64,000 nt of DNA, taken from NCBI GenBank assembly GCA_018672475.1, contig JABHFS010000116.1, positions 621 to 64,620 on the forward strand, in the 5' to 3' direction. Below are positions 18,331 through 28,001 of the stretch, piece by piece (position 1 is the stretch's first letter; each line of letters opens with the position of its first letter). Made by a program: the position numbers and the translations under genes. Under the pieces are notes generated by a model. It worked only from the letters and a program-made list of their open reading frames with translations, searched no databases and was not told the origin of the DNA. Source of the stretch: Gemmatimonadota bacterium (GTDB lineage: Bacteria; Latescibacterota; UBA2968; UBA8231).

Positions 18331-19101
18331 ATGGCATCGGTGAAAATCACCTTTATCGGCCATGCTTCGTTCCGCTTCGAGTCCGAGAAGTCGGTTACCT
18401 ATTTCGATCCTTGGCTCGACAGCAATCCCACGGCTAAGATGACACTCGCGCAAGTCAAGAAGGCCGATATCGTGATCGCCAGCCACGGCCACCGCGACCA
18501 CATTGGCGATTCTTATGAAGTGTGCAAAAAGACCAAGGCCAAGTTCGTCGGCAACTATGAGTTGTGCGTGGTTGCCCAGGAAGTGCACAAGCTCAAAATG
18601 GGCTCGCGCGCGCTGTCGATGAACCCGGGCGGCACGGTCAAGGTCAAGGACGCGTCGATCACGATGGTGCAGGGCCACCACTCGCAGTCGCTATCGACGC
18701 ATGTGACGGGTGCCGACTTGCCTGCGGGGCTGCTGTTTCACCCGGATAGCGCGGTCAACGGCTTCTGTGTCGCCTATGACAATGGCATCACAATTTATGA
18801 CACGGCGGATACCTGTCTTTTCAGCGATATGCAGTTGATCGGCCAGATGTACGGGCCGCAGGTGGCGATTATGCCGGTGGGTGGGCAGTATACGATGGGT
18901 ATCCGCGAGGCGGCGCGGGCGGCGAGCCTGATCCGGCCGGATGTGGTGATCCCGTGCCATTATGGGCCGGTTATGGGGCAGACGGCCGATATTGGCGAGT
19001 TGAAGAAGGCGGTGAAATTTCTGTCGCCGAATACTGAGGTAGTGGAGTTGGAGGTGGGGCAGACGTTGACGTATACGGCGAGTAGTTATAGGGTGCGTTA
19101 G
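18331..19101 (+). CDS. UPF0173-type metal-dependent hydrolase (MBL fold)
   Basis: 256 aa. 'VKITFIGHASFRF...YFDPWL...ADIVIASHGHRDHIGD' followed by a 'PCHYG' region. Confidence 0.75.
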   Translation: MASVKITFIGHASFRFESEKSVTYFDPWLDSNPTAKMTLAQVKKADIVIASHGHRDHIGDSYEVCKKTKAKFVGNYELCVVAQEVHKLKMGSRALSMNPGGTVKVKDASITMVQGHHSQSLSTHVTGADLPAGLLFHPDSAVNGFCVAYDNGITIYDTADTCLFSDMQLIGQMYGPQVAIMPVGGQYTMGIREAARAASLIRPDVVIPCHYGPVMGQTADIGELKKAVKFLSPNTEVVELEVGQTLTYTASSYRVR

Positions 19102-19378
19102 GCTGGGGAGAGACGAGCTATTTGAGGATATATCTTTGCTCATGTCGCTGTACTTTTAGTGCGCGCTACGTGAGCTCGCCCGCCATCCGGAAGGCGGGAC
19201 CATAAGGGGTTTCATGGTGGCAGCGGCGATGGGATGGTGGCAGAGAGGGTAGTCGTTGGTCTATTAAAGTTGCGATCCCTCAGGGCTATGACTGTCTAAG
19301 ACTTAGAGAGTGATGAAAAAAAGGATCAGACTCTTTGTAGTACATTCAGAATAGTTCAAATCAAGACAAAGTCATGAG

Positions 19379-19804
19379 ATGATACTTCGTGCTCTAAGGC
19401 TCGCCGCTTTGCCGGTGTTGATTTCCCTATTTCTTACACCAGTCCGCTTTTTCCTCGAATTGGCGGGGATACCTGAGGTATACATTTTCCCCATAGGATT
19501 ACTCTGGTTGACATTGGGGTTTTCCGTCTTATGGGCAATCAGATTATCCGACGAAGAGCATCCGTACTGGATACTGTTATTGAGTCTTTTCTTTTTTGCA
19601 CCGCCTTCCAGAGTTCCGGTGTTTGTGCTCTGGTGGATTACCAAGACGTGGGGACTGGGTACTCACTACGACATCTTCGATAGCTGGGATCAAGCGCTAA
19701 TCGGGCAGATTGTGTACGGGTCCCTCGTTCAAATCATTCCCGGTAGCTTGCTGGGTTCACTGACGCTTGCCATCAGGAGACACCGCAAGTCTGTAATGGC
19801 TTGA
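19379..19804 (+). CDS. Hypothetical small membrane protein (about 4 TM helices) in a low-GC islet
   Basis: 141 aa with four hydrophobic segments. No recognisable family. Local GC is clearly lower than the flanks. Coding status is uncertain. Confidence 0.35.
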   Translation: MILRALRLAALPVLISLFLTPVRFFLELAGIPEVYIFPIGLLWLTLGFSVLWAIRLSDEEHPYWILLLSLFFFAPPSRVPVFVLWWITKTWGLGTHYDIFDSWDQALIGQIVYGSLVQIIPGSLLGSLTLAIRRHRKSVMA

Positions 19805-19861
19805 ACGGGTTGGGGAAAGATCGCCAGGATCTGTTATAGATAGACTCTAATCTCTATTATT

Positions 19862-22168
19862 TCAAAGCCTGACTAACCCTTGGTCTCCGATTGCAAAGCG
19901 CGTCTTTTCAATTAGCAGCTCCGCTACGATATCTGCGCCACCCCCGCCGAAGACCTTTAGTTCGGTCGATCCGATCTGTGCGACCTCCGTTGTGCCTTCC
20001 CGTCTTGTTTGTACTGCTGCCTTTTCCAGGTCTTTGTGTCCCGGACAGAGTATAACGCCTAGATTGCGTCGCTCGGTTAGACCCGAGGGCGTGTAGCGCA
20101 GGTGGTATTGCATGGCCCATTGGCCGCCGCCCTTGTCGGTCATCGGCGGCGGGTCCCATCCCTCGCTAAGTGAAAAGAAGCCGTTGCCGCCCCAGAGAAA
20201 ATGGCCGGTCAGCGAGGAATCTTCGCGTTCAAGCGAGAAGGCGCGTCGGTCCTCGTCGACGGTGAAGGGGTTCCAGGAGTGGATGTTCCATTGTAGGGAT
20301 GAGACGATATTTTCGCGGGCGACGAACTCGTCGACCATCGCAAAGCACTGTGGTTTTTTGAGATAAATGACGTGGCGGCGGCAGCGGGTGGCGCGGTCCT
20401 GATAACTCTGGTCGGCGATGCCGCAGAAATAGGTCAGGTGCTCATTCTCGTAAGCGTGGACGATGTGGCCGACAGATTCGGGCGAGCGCATGAGTTGCGA
20501 GGCGTCGGAAAGGGTTAGGCAGTTGTGGGATTTAGTGTGCCAGACCCAGTGCGCGTGGTGGTCCGAGCCGTAGCCGGCGTAATAACCCGAAGGCATGGCG
20601 AGCACTTTACCGCCGGCGTGCAGGATGAAGTCGTTGTTGTTGGCGTGCGAATGACTGATGGCGCCGTAGGGAGAAGAGCGGAAGATCAAGGCGATATCGC
20701 GCTCGGGGTTTGTGCGGTCGCTGCGCAGGGCGGCCCAGCCGGTGTCGGCGAAGACGTGCAGCAAACGGTCCTGTGCGGACGCGTCTATTTTTTTTGCCGA
20801 TGCTGGAGCTAATAACAATTGCGCGTTGACGCCGGACAGTTGTCGCTCAGGTGGGGTTGTCAGGGTTTCTGCGATGTGACGGAAGTCGGCGACATAGTCG
20901 TTGAATTCGCCGGTGCCGGTTTCGCGACCGATCAGATCGACGAGGTCGGCGTTGTTATTCCAACTCGACGCCCAGCGTTCGCTGTGGTCGCCGAAGCCCA
21001 TCCATTCGGCATAGGGCGGCAGGCACCATTGCCGCCAGCGCGCGTGGTTTTGCCAGAAAGGGCGGCGATAGAGGTCGATGCCGGTGCCGCGTTTGAGTGC
21101 GGATGTGAACATGGTCATGATGGTCACATAGGCCAAGCCATAGGAGGGGCCCTGGGCCCAGGCCCCGTCGTCACCGGCCCAACTCGGCCACAGCCCGCAG
21201 AGCACGGGTCGCAGCCATTCGAGCCATGCGCCCGCCTCTGGGATATGCTCGTGGAAGACCAGGGCGAGTTGCGCGAGAAAGACGATTTCGCGGCCGGAGT
21301 GCGAGTCGAAGCGGTCGATGCCGTAGTGGCCCAGGTCGTGCATGTGTTCGAAGGTGATCTGGCCACGTCGCCTGAATTGCTCGATGACTGCTGCGCGTTC
21401 GGATTCCGTAAAGAGGTCCCAGACCCAGTCGCAGACGTGCGAGCCGTGCCAGATGACCGACATATGTGCCTCGTCGTTGTGGTCGATGTGGCTCGAACCT
21501 TTGGCTTCGGGATCCCATTGCGCGATTGAGGCCATGCGTTGGCAGGCGGCGCGGCCAAAGCGCTCTTCGCCGCTCAGCAGCCAGGCGAGGGCCAGGGTTT
21601 CCGCTCCTTTGACGAAGCGGCGGGTGCCCCACATCGTCGGATACCAGATTTTCCAGAAGGCGGCGTAATTATTGTCGCGCGAAGGCAGAAATTCAGGTTC
21701 GGCGATTTCGTGCGATTGCAGCATCTGAGCTTCGGCCTCGGTGCGCAGTGCTGGCCATTGCGGTGGGGGATCGGCGCGCAGGGCAGCGCTCTGGTCGGGT
21801 TGAAGGTAGATACGCGGATGGTTTTTTGGTAGGCGCGCGAGCCATTCGGCGGCGGGCGGAATTTCTACGATGGTAGCGTCTGTATCGATCGTCAGGCTGA
21901 AGACTTGTGATTGTTCTCCATCGGCCGACCAGTGCCACCAATAGGTGCCCGGCGGCAAGGCCCGCTCGGGCAGGTGCAACGGGTCGGTTAAGTCACCGAG
22001 TTCGATGACCGGGTTGGTGAAGTCCGGGTCGCGGGCGACTTGCAGGGCGAATCGTCGTTGGCCTTGGCGTGGTTTCCAGGCAAAAACTGGTGGGTTGGTA
22101 CGCGGTATTTGGCCGTTCTGCGGTTGTCTGGGGTCAAGATGCGGGTGGGGGTGTCGAGTGTCTTTCAT
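19862..22168 (-). CDS. Heparinase II/III-like polysaccharide lyase family protein (DUF4962 + heparinase II/III domains)
   Basis: 768 aa. N-terminal 'PVFAWKP...FALQVARDPDFT' is DUF4962-like. The central alpha/alpha toroid region carries 'WHGSHVCDWVWDLF' and 'FRSSPYGAISHSHANNNDFILHAGG' (Hepar_II_III). Confidence 0.7.
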   Translation of the reverse strand: MKDTRHPHPHLDPRQPQNGQIPRTNPPVFAWKPRQGQRRFALQVARDPDFTNPVIELGDLTDPLHLPERALPPGTYWWHWSADGEQSQVFSLTIDTDATIVEIPPAAEWLARLPKNHPRIYLQPDQSAALRADPPPQWPALRTEAEAQMLQSHEIAEPEFLPSRDNNYAAFWKIWYPTMWGTRRFVKGAETLALAWLLSGEERFGRAACQRMASIAQWDPEAKGSSHIDHNDEAHMSVIWHGSHVCDWVWDLFTESERAAVIEQFRRRGQITFEHMHDLGHYGIDRFDSHSGREIVFLAQLALVFHEHIPEAGAWLEWLRPVLCGLWPSWAGDDGAWAQGPSYGLAYVTIMTMFTSALKRGTGIDLYRRPFWQNHARWRQWCLPPYAEWMGFGDHSERWASSWNNNADLVDLIGRETGTGEFNDYVADFRHIAETLTTPPERQLSGVNAQLLLAPASAKKIDASAQDRLLHVFADTGWAALRSDRTNPERDIALIFRSSPYGAISHSHANNNDFILHAGGKVLAMPSGYYAGYGSDHHAHWVWHTKSHNCLTLSDASQLMRSPESVGHIVHAYENEHLTYFCGIADQSYQDRATRCRRHVIYLKKPQCFAMVDEFVARENIVSSLQWNIHSWNPFTVDEDRRAFSLEREDSSLTGHFLWGGNGFFSLSEGWDPPPMTDKGGGQWAMQYHLRYTPSGLTERRNLGVILCPGHKDLEKAAVQTRREGTTEVAQIGSTELKVFGGGGADIVAELLIEKTRFAIGDQGLVRL

Positions 22169-23184
22169 TGCATCACCTGTTCGAGTAAGCCGGTTCGGGT
22201 AAAATATTGGTAAAGGATGAGCGCGATGACTTTGTGCCCTTCCCCTGTTAGATGGATTCCGTCGGTTTCGAAGTAGTTATCTTTAACCTCTTGCTGAGGT
22301 AGCCGGTCGAAGGCGGCGAGCAGATCTATAATATGGACTTCTTCGTCGCTGGCGACCTGGCGGACAATCTCGGCGTAGCGTCGGTGTAGGGGTACTAACT
22401 CGTCGAGGTTATTGAGCCAACGTTCAGCCAGATATTCGGGCTCGTCGCCCACCGTATGTGCGGTGGGCGCGGTGATCAGGACCGGCTGGATATTGTTGGA
22501 CCGGGCTATGCGGACGATCTCGTGCAGATTGGCAGCGAAGTCTGTGGGGGCGACGCGCTCCGGTCGGCGCTGCTGTTTTTCGTCCTGGTATAGCTTGATG
22601 GCGAAAAAGTTGAAAAGCTGTATCAGGCGCAATTCACCCAGCGCGATAGCTGATTGCGAACGGTCCTTATTGAATTGGCCGACGGCCTTGTCCTCGACGC
22701 CAAAGCTCGCCCAGTGGTCGTTCCAGCCGAAATAGATCGTGATGACTTCTGGAGCGAGGGGGAGGATATCGCGTTCAAATTGCCGCAAACCCTGGTATGT
22801 GCTCCAACCGGCGACCGCGGTATTGATATAGCTCAATTCACGACCCGGGTTGCGGCCGCTTATCAGTTGGCCGAAGAGTTTGTCGTAGAGACCCCAAGCG
22901 GTGCAGGAATCACCCATAAAAACCAGTTTGGGGCGAGTGTCACGCAATTGCTTAATTGAAGCGTAGTAGGTCTCGGGTACCCAGAGCAGATCCTGGTCCG
23001 CCTGATAATCGTTTTCGAGGGTGACAGGGTCCGGCCAGCCGAATTCTATTCGCGTGGGAAAGAGGCGGAATTCGAAATTGATCGCCCGCAAGCCAATTTC
23101 GCCTATGGCCAGGGCTAGGGCGAAACTGGCCAAGGCCAATAGTATGGTGTAGAAGGTATTGCGGTTTTTAGGTGGGTCAGTCAT
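22165..23184 (-). CDS. SGNH/GDSL hydrolase family protein, membrane-anchored
   Basis: 339 aa. N-terminal TM helix; 'LVFMGDSCTAWG' (GDS block I) and 'ITIYFGWNDHW' (block III). Overlaps the heparinase start by 4 nt. Confidence 0.75.
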   Translation of the reverse strand: MTDPPKNRNTFYTILLALASFALALAIGEIGLRAINFEFRLFPTRIEFGWPDPVTLENDYQADQDLLWVPETYYASIKQLRDTRPKLVFMGDSCTAWGLYDKLFGQLISGRNPGRELSYINTAVAGWSTYQGLRQFERDILPLAPEVITIYFGWNDHWASFGVEDKAVGQFNKDRSQSAIALGELRLIQLFNFFAIKLYQDEKQQRRPERVAPTDFAANLHEIVRIARSNNIQPVLITAPTAHTVGDEPEYLAERWLNNLDELVPLHRRYAEIVRQVASDEEVHIIDLLAAFDRLPQQEVKDNYFETDGIHLTGEGHKVIALILYQYFTRTGLLEQVMQ

Positions 23185-23333
23185 GGTATTCCGTTTTGAC
23201 GATGTAGTTTTTCATTTCATCCTTCCGGGTCCGATACCCCGCTGCTTGCAGCGCAATTTGCGTGTAGCCGACCCGCTACCCCGTGGCTTGCCGCGGGGGA
23301 GTTCATTGCATGGCTTTTGTTTTAGCGATGGTA

Positions 23334-25289
23334 TTATCGACCGCTATTCCAGTATTCGCTTAGAGCCGCTCCGGCTGCGGCATCCTCGATATGTCGCGCG
23401 GCGAGCCGGTAGGCTTGCTGCGCGGCTTGCCCGTTACCAGCTTTTCTGTAGAGCCAGATCAAGGCGCGATAGGTTTCCGCGGTCTTTGAACCTCGTTCGG
23501 CGGCTTGTTGAAAGGCGGCTACGGCCTGGTCCTTCGCGTCCTTCGCGATGAAGACCGCGCCGAGGTTGTGGTAGGCGGAGGGTTCTTCGGGGCGGCGGCG
23601 GACGGCCTCCTGGTAGGCGGCTTCAGCCCGGTCATACTGTCGGCGGGCGAAGTAGAGATTGCCGGCTTCGAGCGCACGGGAATCGATGTCGGGCGGAAGT
23701 TTTATCGGCGGCGAGAGGCGGGCCTGGGAAAGATCTTTTTCTTCTTCGCTCGGCTCGCGGTAGGCCGCGTGCTCGATCAATGAATCGTAGTACCCGGTAT
23801 TGAGTCGCCATATTTCTAACCAACGATCTACTGTCCAGAGTGGACCGCTGATCACCGTGCGCAATTTGTCGTAATAGGCGGCGAGGCCCTCGTCTGCAAT
23901 GAGATTATAGCCGTAGAGATGGCTTTCGATATATCCTTCCGGCATGATGCGCGCGTAGTGGCCCGGTGCCCAATCGGCATCGACGTAAGCCGGCAACCGC
24001 GCGAGCAAAGGGTCGGTGATACCCAAAGCGTCGAGGTGGTGGATATGGGGGCCGGCGTAAAAACCGAGAATGCCGAGGTTGGTGTAGGTGGTGACGGCCA
24101 GCTCTGTGGCATTGGCTTTTTCCGCGATTGTATGGCCGAGGTCGACCCACTGATGCTGCGGATAGTGGGCGTCGGTGATAAGGGCGGACAACAGGCCGGT
24201 ACTGGTGCGATAGTTGGCGAATTCGTCGACGATATGGTGGTTTCCCGGCGCGCTTTGGTAATCTAATCCGCTGCGCAGTGGGGAATAGGGCGTGACCAGC
24301 CCGATGACTAGGATAGCGCCGAGGGCAATATACAAATGCTGGCGGGCGGCGAAACGGAGATTGTGTAAGATCAGTAGCACGGCAGCGAAAAAGGGCGTGC
24401 TGAGGAAGCGACCGCTCATATAGTCGCCGCCGACTTTGACGGTATAGGCGAGGTATAGAATCGGGCCGAGCAGCAGGGGGAGTTGCCGCCATTTTTTTGT
24501 GTAGCATAGTCCTGCCGTGCAGCAAGCAATTGTAGTGAGCGTGATCGGGTCTACTTGTAGAGAATTGTACAGATAATACAGGCCCTGTTGCGCTAAGGAG
24601 AGAGCCGGGATGCCGGTATTGAGTTTGCCGTAGGCGGTATTGGGAACGAGAAAGCCGTAGTAGCAGAGGGAGAAGATTTCCCAAACAGCGAAAGGGGCAA
24701 AACCAACGGCCACTGCGCGGAAGGCTTGTAGACTGCGAAGGTGCCAATAACCCGTCACCAGCGCGGGCAGGTATATCAGCAGGGTGTCCATGCGGTTTAA
24801 GGTGGCCAGACCGGCGACAAGTGAGAGGATGGTTAGTGATTGTAGCGTAGGTTGCGAGCGGAAAAAGATGGCGATGAAAAGGGCGAGCAATAAATGCGAA
24901 AGCGGATTTTCCAGTCCCGAGGTCGAAAAGTCGATAAAGGCCTTGGATGCACAGAGCAGTGCAATGCCAACTAGCGCGTTGCCAAGCGATGGCGCGATGC
25001 GCAAAGCCATGATAAGAACGGCGGCGACGGCGACGGCCCAGCAAAGTAAAATATTCGTGTAGTATATTTCGCCGGTTAGGAGATAGGCGGTGCTGACGAC
25101 GAAAAACCAGAGGGGATGCGTATAGGTCTGGACTCGCTCGCTGATATTCCAGGTCGGCCCGTAGCCATTGATAAGATTGTCGACGCTGCGGTAGGTGATA
25201 AAGGCGTCTTCGTGCAGCCAGGCGTTTTGTAAGACGACGAGGGCGTAGAGCGCGATAAAACCGGGCAGAGCCAGGCGTCTAAGCGGCAT
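23334..25289 (-). CDS. GT-C-fold polytopic membrane protein with C-terminal TPR repeats (putative glycosyltransferase)
   Basis: 651 aa. About 12 hydrophobic helices with 'EDAFITYRSVDNL' in the first loop. The last ~150 aa hold TPR-like 'AEAAYQEAVRRRPEEPSAYHNLG' repeats. Overlaps the downstream PhyH gene by 11 nt. Confidence 0.5.
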   Translation of the reverse strand: MPLRRLALPGFIALYALVVLQNAWLHEDAFITYRSVDNLINGYGPTWNISERVQTYTHPLWFFVVSTAYLLTGEIYYTNILLCWAVAVAAVLIMALRIAPSLGNALVGIALLCASKAFIDFSTSGLENPLSHLLLALFIAIFFRSQPTLQSLTILSLVAGLATLNRMDTLLIYLPALVTGYWHLRSLQAFRAVAVGFAPFAVWEIFSLCYYGFLVPNTAYGKLNTGIPALSLAQQGLYYLYNSLQVDPITLTTIACCTAGLCYTKKWRQLPLLLGPILYLAYTVKVGGDYMSGRFLSTPFFAAVLLILHNLRFAARQHLYIALGAILVIGLVTPYSPLRSGLDYQSAPGNHHIVDEFANYRTSTGLLSALITDAHYPQHQWVDLGHTIAEKANATELAVTTYTNLGILGFYAGPHIHHLDALGITDPLLARLPAYVDADWAPGHYARIMPEGYIESHLYGYNLIADEGLAAYYDKLRTVISGPLWTVDRWLEIWRLNTGYYDSLIEHAAYREPSEEEKDLSQARLSPPIKLPPDIDSRALEAGNLYFARRQYDRAEAAYQEAVRRRPEEPSAYHNLGAVFIAKDAKDQAVAAFQQAAERGSKTAETYRALIWLYRKAGNGQAAQQAYRLAARHIEDAAAGAALSEYWNSGR

Positions 25290-26094
25290 TGGCAGCTAGG
25301 TCGCGGAGGAGTCGGTCGACTACTTTTTTGCGTTGGCCGGGCACGGCGGCCTGTTCCAAATCGTAGATTTCTTCGGGAATGAGGTTGCGCTGGTCTTCGA
25401 TGGGCAAGCTGCCGTGCGAGCCCTCGCCGATATAGCGGTTGAATACGGTCATGCGCGGATATTTCTCGGTCCAGGCTTTGGCGCCGTGGTAGAGTGCCTC
25501 GGTAAAAATAACGCAGTCGCCCGCTTGCACTGGCACATTGACGACGGTGGGTGGTCCGTCGTGGATCGAGACGCTGTCGGGTAATTCGAAATTGCGTTTG
25601 TGGCTGCCGGGCAGACAGACGAAGCCGGTTCCGGCGGGCACGTCGACCAATGAGATTGCAGCGTTGAGAAAGCCGGCGTAGGGCGCGCCATCTTCAACCT
25701 GGTAATCGCGGCCGGCGGCGTGAAAATTGATCTCGTCGGATGTGCGATAGTTTTTGGTCAGTGCGGTATCGACCAGGCAGGGGTTTTGCCGGGTGAAGGC
25801 GAGGATAACGCGCATGATCTGGCGGTTGAGGACCAGGCGTTGGAATGTTTCGTCGGCGTAGTGCACGTGGTTGATCCAGCGCGCCAGGGTTGGTGAGGCC
25901 TTAGGGTTGCTCAGTGCGGTCGAAGTCAGCGGCGGTGGCAGCTCTTCCAGTGTCATTTCATGCCACCGGTCGCCGAGTTCAATCATCCGGCTAATGTCTT
26001 CTTTGACTACGACGTCTTTTAGGATGATATAACCGTGGTGGTCAAAGAACCACTTTTCTTTTTCGCTCAGCATAGCCCCTCTATTGGCCATCAC
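25279..26094 (-). CDS. Phytanoyl-CoA dioxygenase (PhyH) family protein
   Basis: 271 aa. 'WFFDHHGYIILKDVV' and 'CLPGSHKRNF', plus a 'VIFTEALYHG' distal His. Confidence 0.75.
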   Translation of the reverse strand: MMANRGAMLSEKEKWFFDHHGYIILKDVVVKEDISRMIELGDRWHEMTLEELPPPLTSTALSNPKASPTLARWINHVHYADETFQRLVLNRQIMRVILAFTRQNPCLVDTALTKNYRTSDEINFHAAGRDYQVEDGAPYAGFLNAAISLVDVPAGTGFVCLPGSHKRNFELPDSVSIHDGPPTVVNVPVQAGDCVIFTEALYHGAKAWTEKYPRMTVFNRYIGEGSHGSLPIEDQRNLIPEEIYDLEQAAVPGQRKKVVDRLLRDLAANAA

Positions 26095-26881
26095 CGAAGC
26101 CCGGCAAGGTCGAGGTGCTGAGCAGGCCGCCGTCTACATCGAGCGCGACTCCGGTTAAAAAGGACGATTCTTCGGCGAGAAAAAAGAGGATGGCGTTAAC
26201 GATATCCCCTTGTGTGGGGTTGCGACCGAGCGGGATGTCCGCCGCCGTCGCGTTGAGGATCGCTTCATTGTTGGCGCCCGTCGTCTGGTGTTTGTAGGCG
26301 AGTACGTCTTGGCCCATACCGGTCGTTGAGACGCCGATCGGGCAGACGCAGTTGACGGTGACGCCGTCGGGGGCCAATTCGCCGGCCAGTGCCTTAGTTA
26401 GGCCGACGACGCCGAATTTTGCGGCGCAGTAGGAGGCGATCAGCGCGCAGCCGATTTTTGAAACATCAGAGCCGATATTGACGATGCGGCCGCGCTGACC
26501 GCTTTGGCGCAGCAGCGGTGCGGCGGCTTGGCAGCAGAGGAAGACGCCCTTGAGGTCGATATCGATGACCCGGTCCCAATCGGCCTCGGTGGTTTCTTCG
26601 AGCGGGCCGAAGTGGATGACCCCGGCGGAGTTGACCAGCGCGTCCAGGCCTCCGAAGCGCTCGTCGCAGGCGGCTACAGTCTGCTGTACGGAGGCTGGTG
26701 AAGTGACGTCGAGCTTTAACGGCAGGATCTGGTCGTTGTTCAGTTCCTCCGCAGCCGCATGCAGTTTTTCTTCGTCGATATCGGCGATGGCCACTTGCGC
26801 GCCTTGCGCGAGTAGGGCCTTGGCAGTGCTCAGGCCGAAACCGCTGGCCCCGCCGGTAATCAGCGCGCGTCTAGGCTTCAA
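26081..26881 (-). CDS. SDR family oxidoreductase
   Basis: 266 aa. 'ALITGGASGFGLSTAKALLAQGAQVAIADI' and 'YCAAKFG' (YxxxK). Confidence 0.85.
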   Translation of the reverse strand: MKPRRALITGGASGFGLSTAKALLAQGAQVAIADIDEEKLHAAAEELNNDQILPLKLDVTSPASVQQTVAACDERFGGLDALVNSAGVIHFGPLEETTEADWDRVIDIDLKGVFLCCQAAAPLLRQSGQRGRIVNIGSDVSKIGCALIASYCAAKFGVVGLTKALAGELAPDGVTVNCVCPIGVSTTGMGQDVLAYKHQTTGANNEAILNATAADIPLGRNPTQGDIVNAILFFLAEESSFLTGVALDVDGGLLSTSTLPGFGDGQ

Positions 26882-28001
26882 AATGATATTTCTCCACGAT
26901 ATCTTCGTTGACTTCGACCCCTAGCCCCGGCTGGTCGCGCACGGCGAGATAACCGGCTTGCTGTATCCAGGGGTCGGTGACCAGTTCGTGCTGCATCGGC
27001 GATTCGTGTGGTTTGAAGTCCATAGCGACCCCGTGCGTCGAGTTGGCCATCAGGTGCACGCTGGCGGCGGTATTGAGCGCGCTGGACCAGGTGTGCGCGC
27101 TCCACTGCAGATTCTCGGCCTCGATTAGTTTGATATACTGGCGGCAACCGGTGATGCCGTGGCAGCGGCCCGGGTCCATCTGTATCACGTCGACTCCGCC
27201 GGAGTGGATCAGGCGGCGATAGCTGTCGAGGTCCCACTCATCTTCACCGGTGCCGATCGGGGTCGCGGTGGCGTCGCGCAGCCGGGCGTGCGCGTCGAGG
27301 TCGGAGGGCAAGAGCGGTTGCTCGATCCAGCGCAGGCGGTAGGGTTCGAGGTCACGGAAGCGCTGGATGGCGGTGTTGAGGTCCCAGATATTGCGCGCGC
27401 CGGGCGTGTCGACGATAAGTTCGAGTTCGTCGCCGATCGTTTCGCGGACCTGGCGCACGATGTCGATGTCTTTATTGCGGTCGAGGCCAAAGACGGCTTC
27501 GGGTCGCATGCCCCAACCGGCTTTGACCACGTGGTAGCCCTGTTCTTTGAGCCAGCGAAATTCGCCGAGGGTCCAGTCGAAGTCTTCCATATCGAAGATA
27601 AACGAGGCCATGGCGACGACCTTGTCGTGCAGTTGCCCGCCGAGCAGCCGACAGACGGGCTGGCCGAGCGTTTTGCCCGCTAGGTCCCATAGGGCCATGT
27701 CGATAGCGCTGACGGCAAAGGCCGCGATGCCTTCGGGGCCGTACCACCAGACGTGGTCGAGCATGCGGCGCCAGTGGCGTTCGACGTCGAGCGCGTTTTC
27801 GTTGATTAGCAGCGGGGCCAGCCCCTGTTCGACGATGATTTTGGTGGCGAGGGTCGCCTCGCGGAATTGCGAGATGCACTCGCCCCAGCCGACTTGGCCG
27901 TCTTCGCCTTCAATGCGGACGAGGGTGATATAGCGCTCGATGCCCTTGTAGTGGGGTTCGGGATAGGCCATGGGAAAAGCCTGGATTTTGTTGATTTTCA
28001 C
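26871..28001 (-). CDS. Mandelate racemase/muconate lactonizing enzyme family (enolase superfamily) sugar-acid dehydratase
   Basis: Start moved to GTG (V35 of ORF 26871..28103), 7 nt after an AGGA RBS, giving 'VKINKIQAFPMAYPEPHYKGIERYITLVRIEGEDGQVGWGEC'. Metal ligands lie in a 'VDTPGARNIWD...IEQPL' region. Confidence 0.8.
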   Translation of the reverse strand: MKINKIQAFPMAYPEPHYKGIERYITLVRIEGEDGQVGWGECISQFREATLATKIIVEQGLAPLLINENALDVERHWRRMLDHVWWYGPEGIAAFAVSAIDMALWDLAGKTLGQPVCRLLGGQLHDKVVAMASFIFDMEDFDWTLGEFRWLKEQGYHVVKAGWGMRPEAVFGLDRNKDIDIVRQVRETIGDELELIVDTPGARNIWDLNTAIQRFRDLEPYRLRWIEQPLLPSDLDAHARLRDATATPIGTGEDEWDLDSYRRLIHSGGVDVIQMDPGRCHGITGCRQYIKLIEAENLQWSAHTWSSALNTAASVHLMANSTHGVAMDFKPHESPMQHELVTDPWIQQAGYLAVRDQPGLGVEVNEDIVEKYHFEA

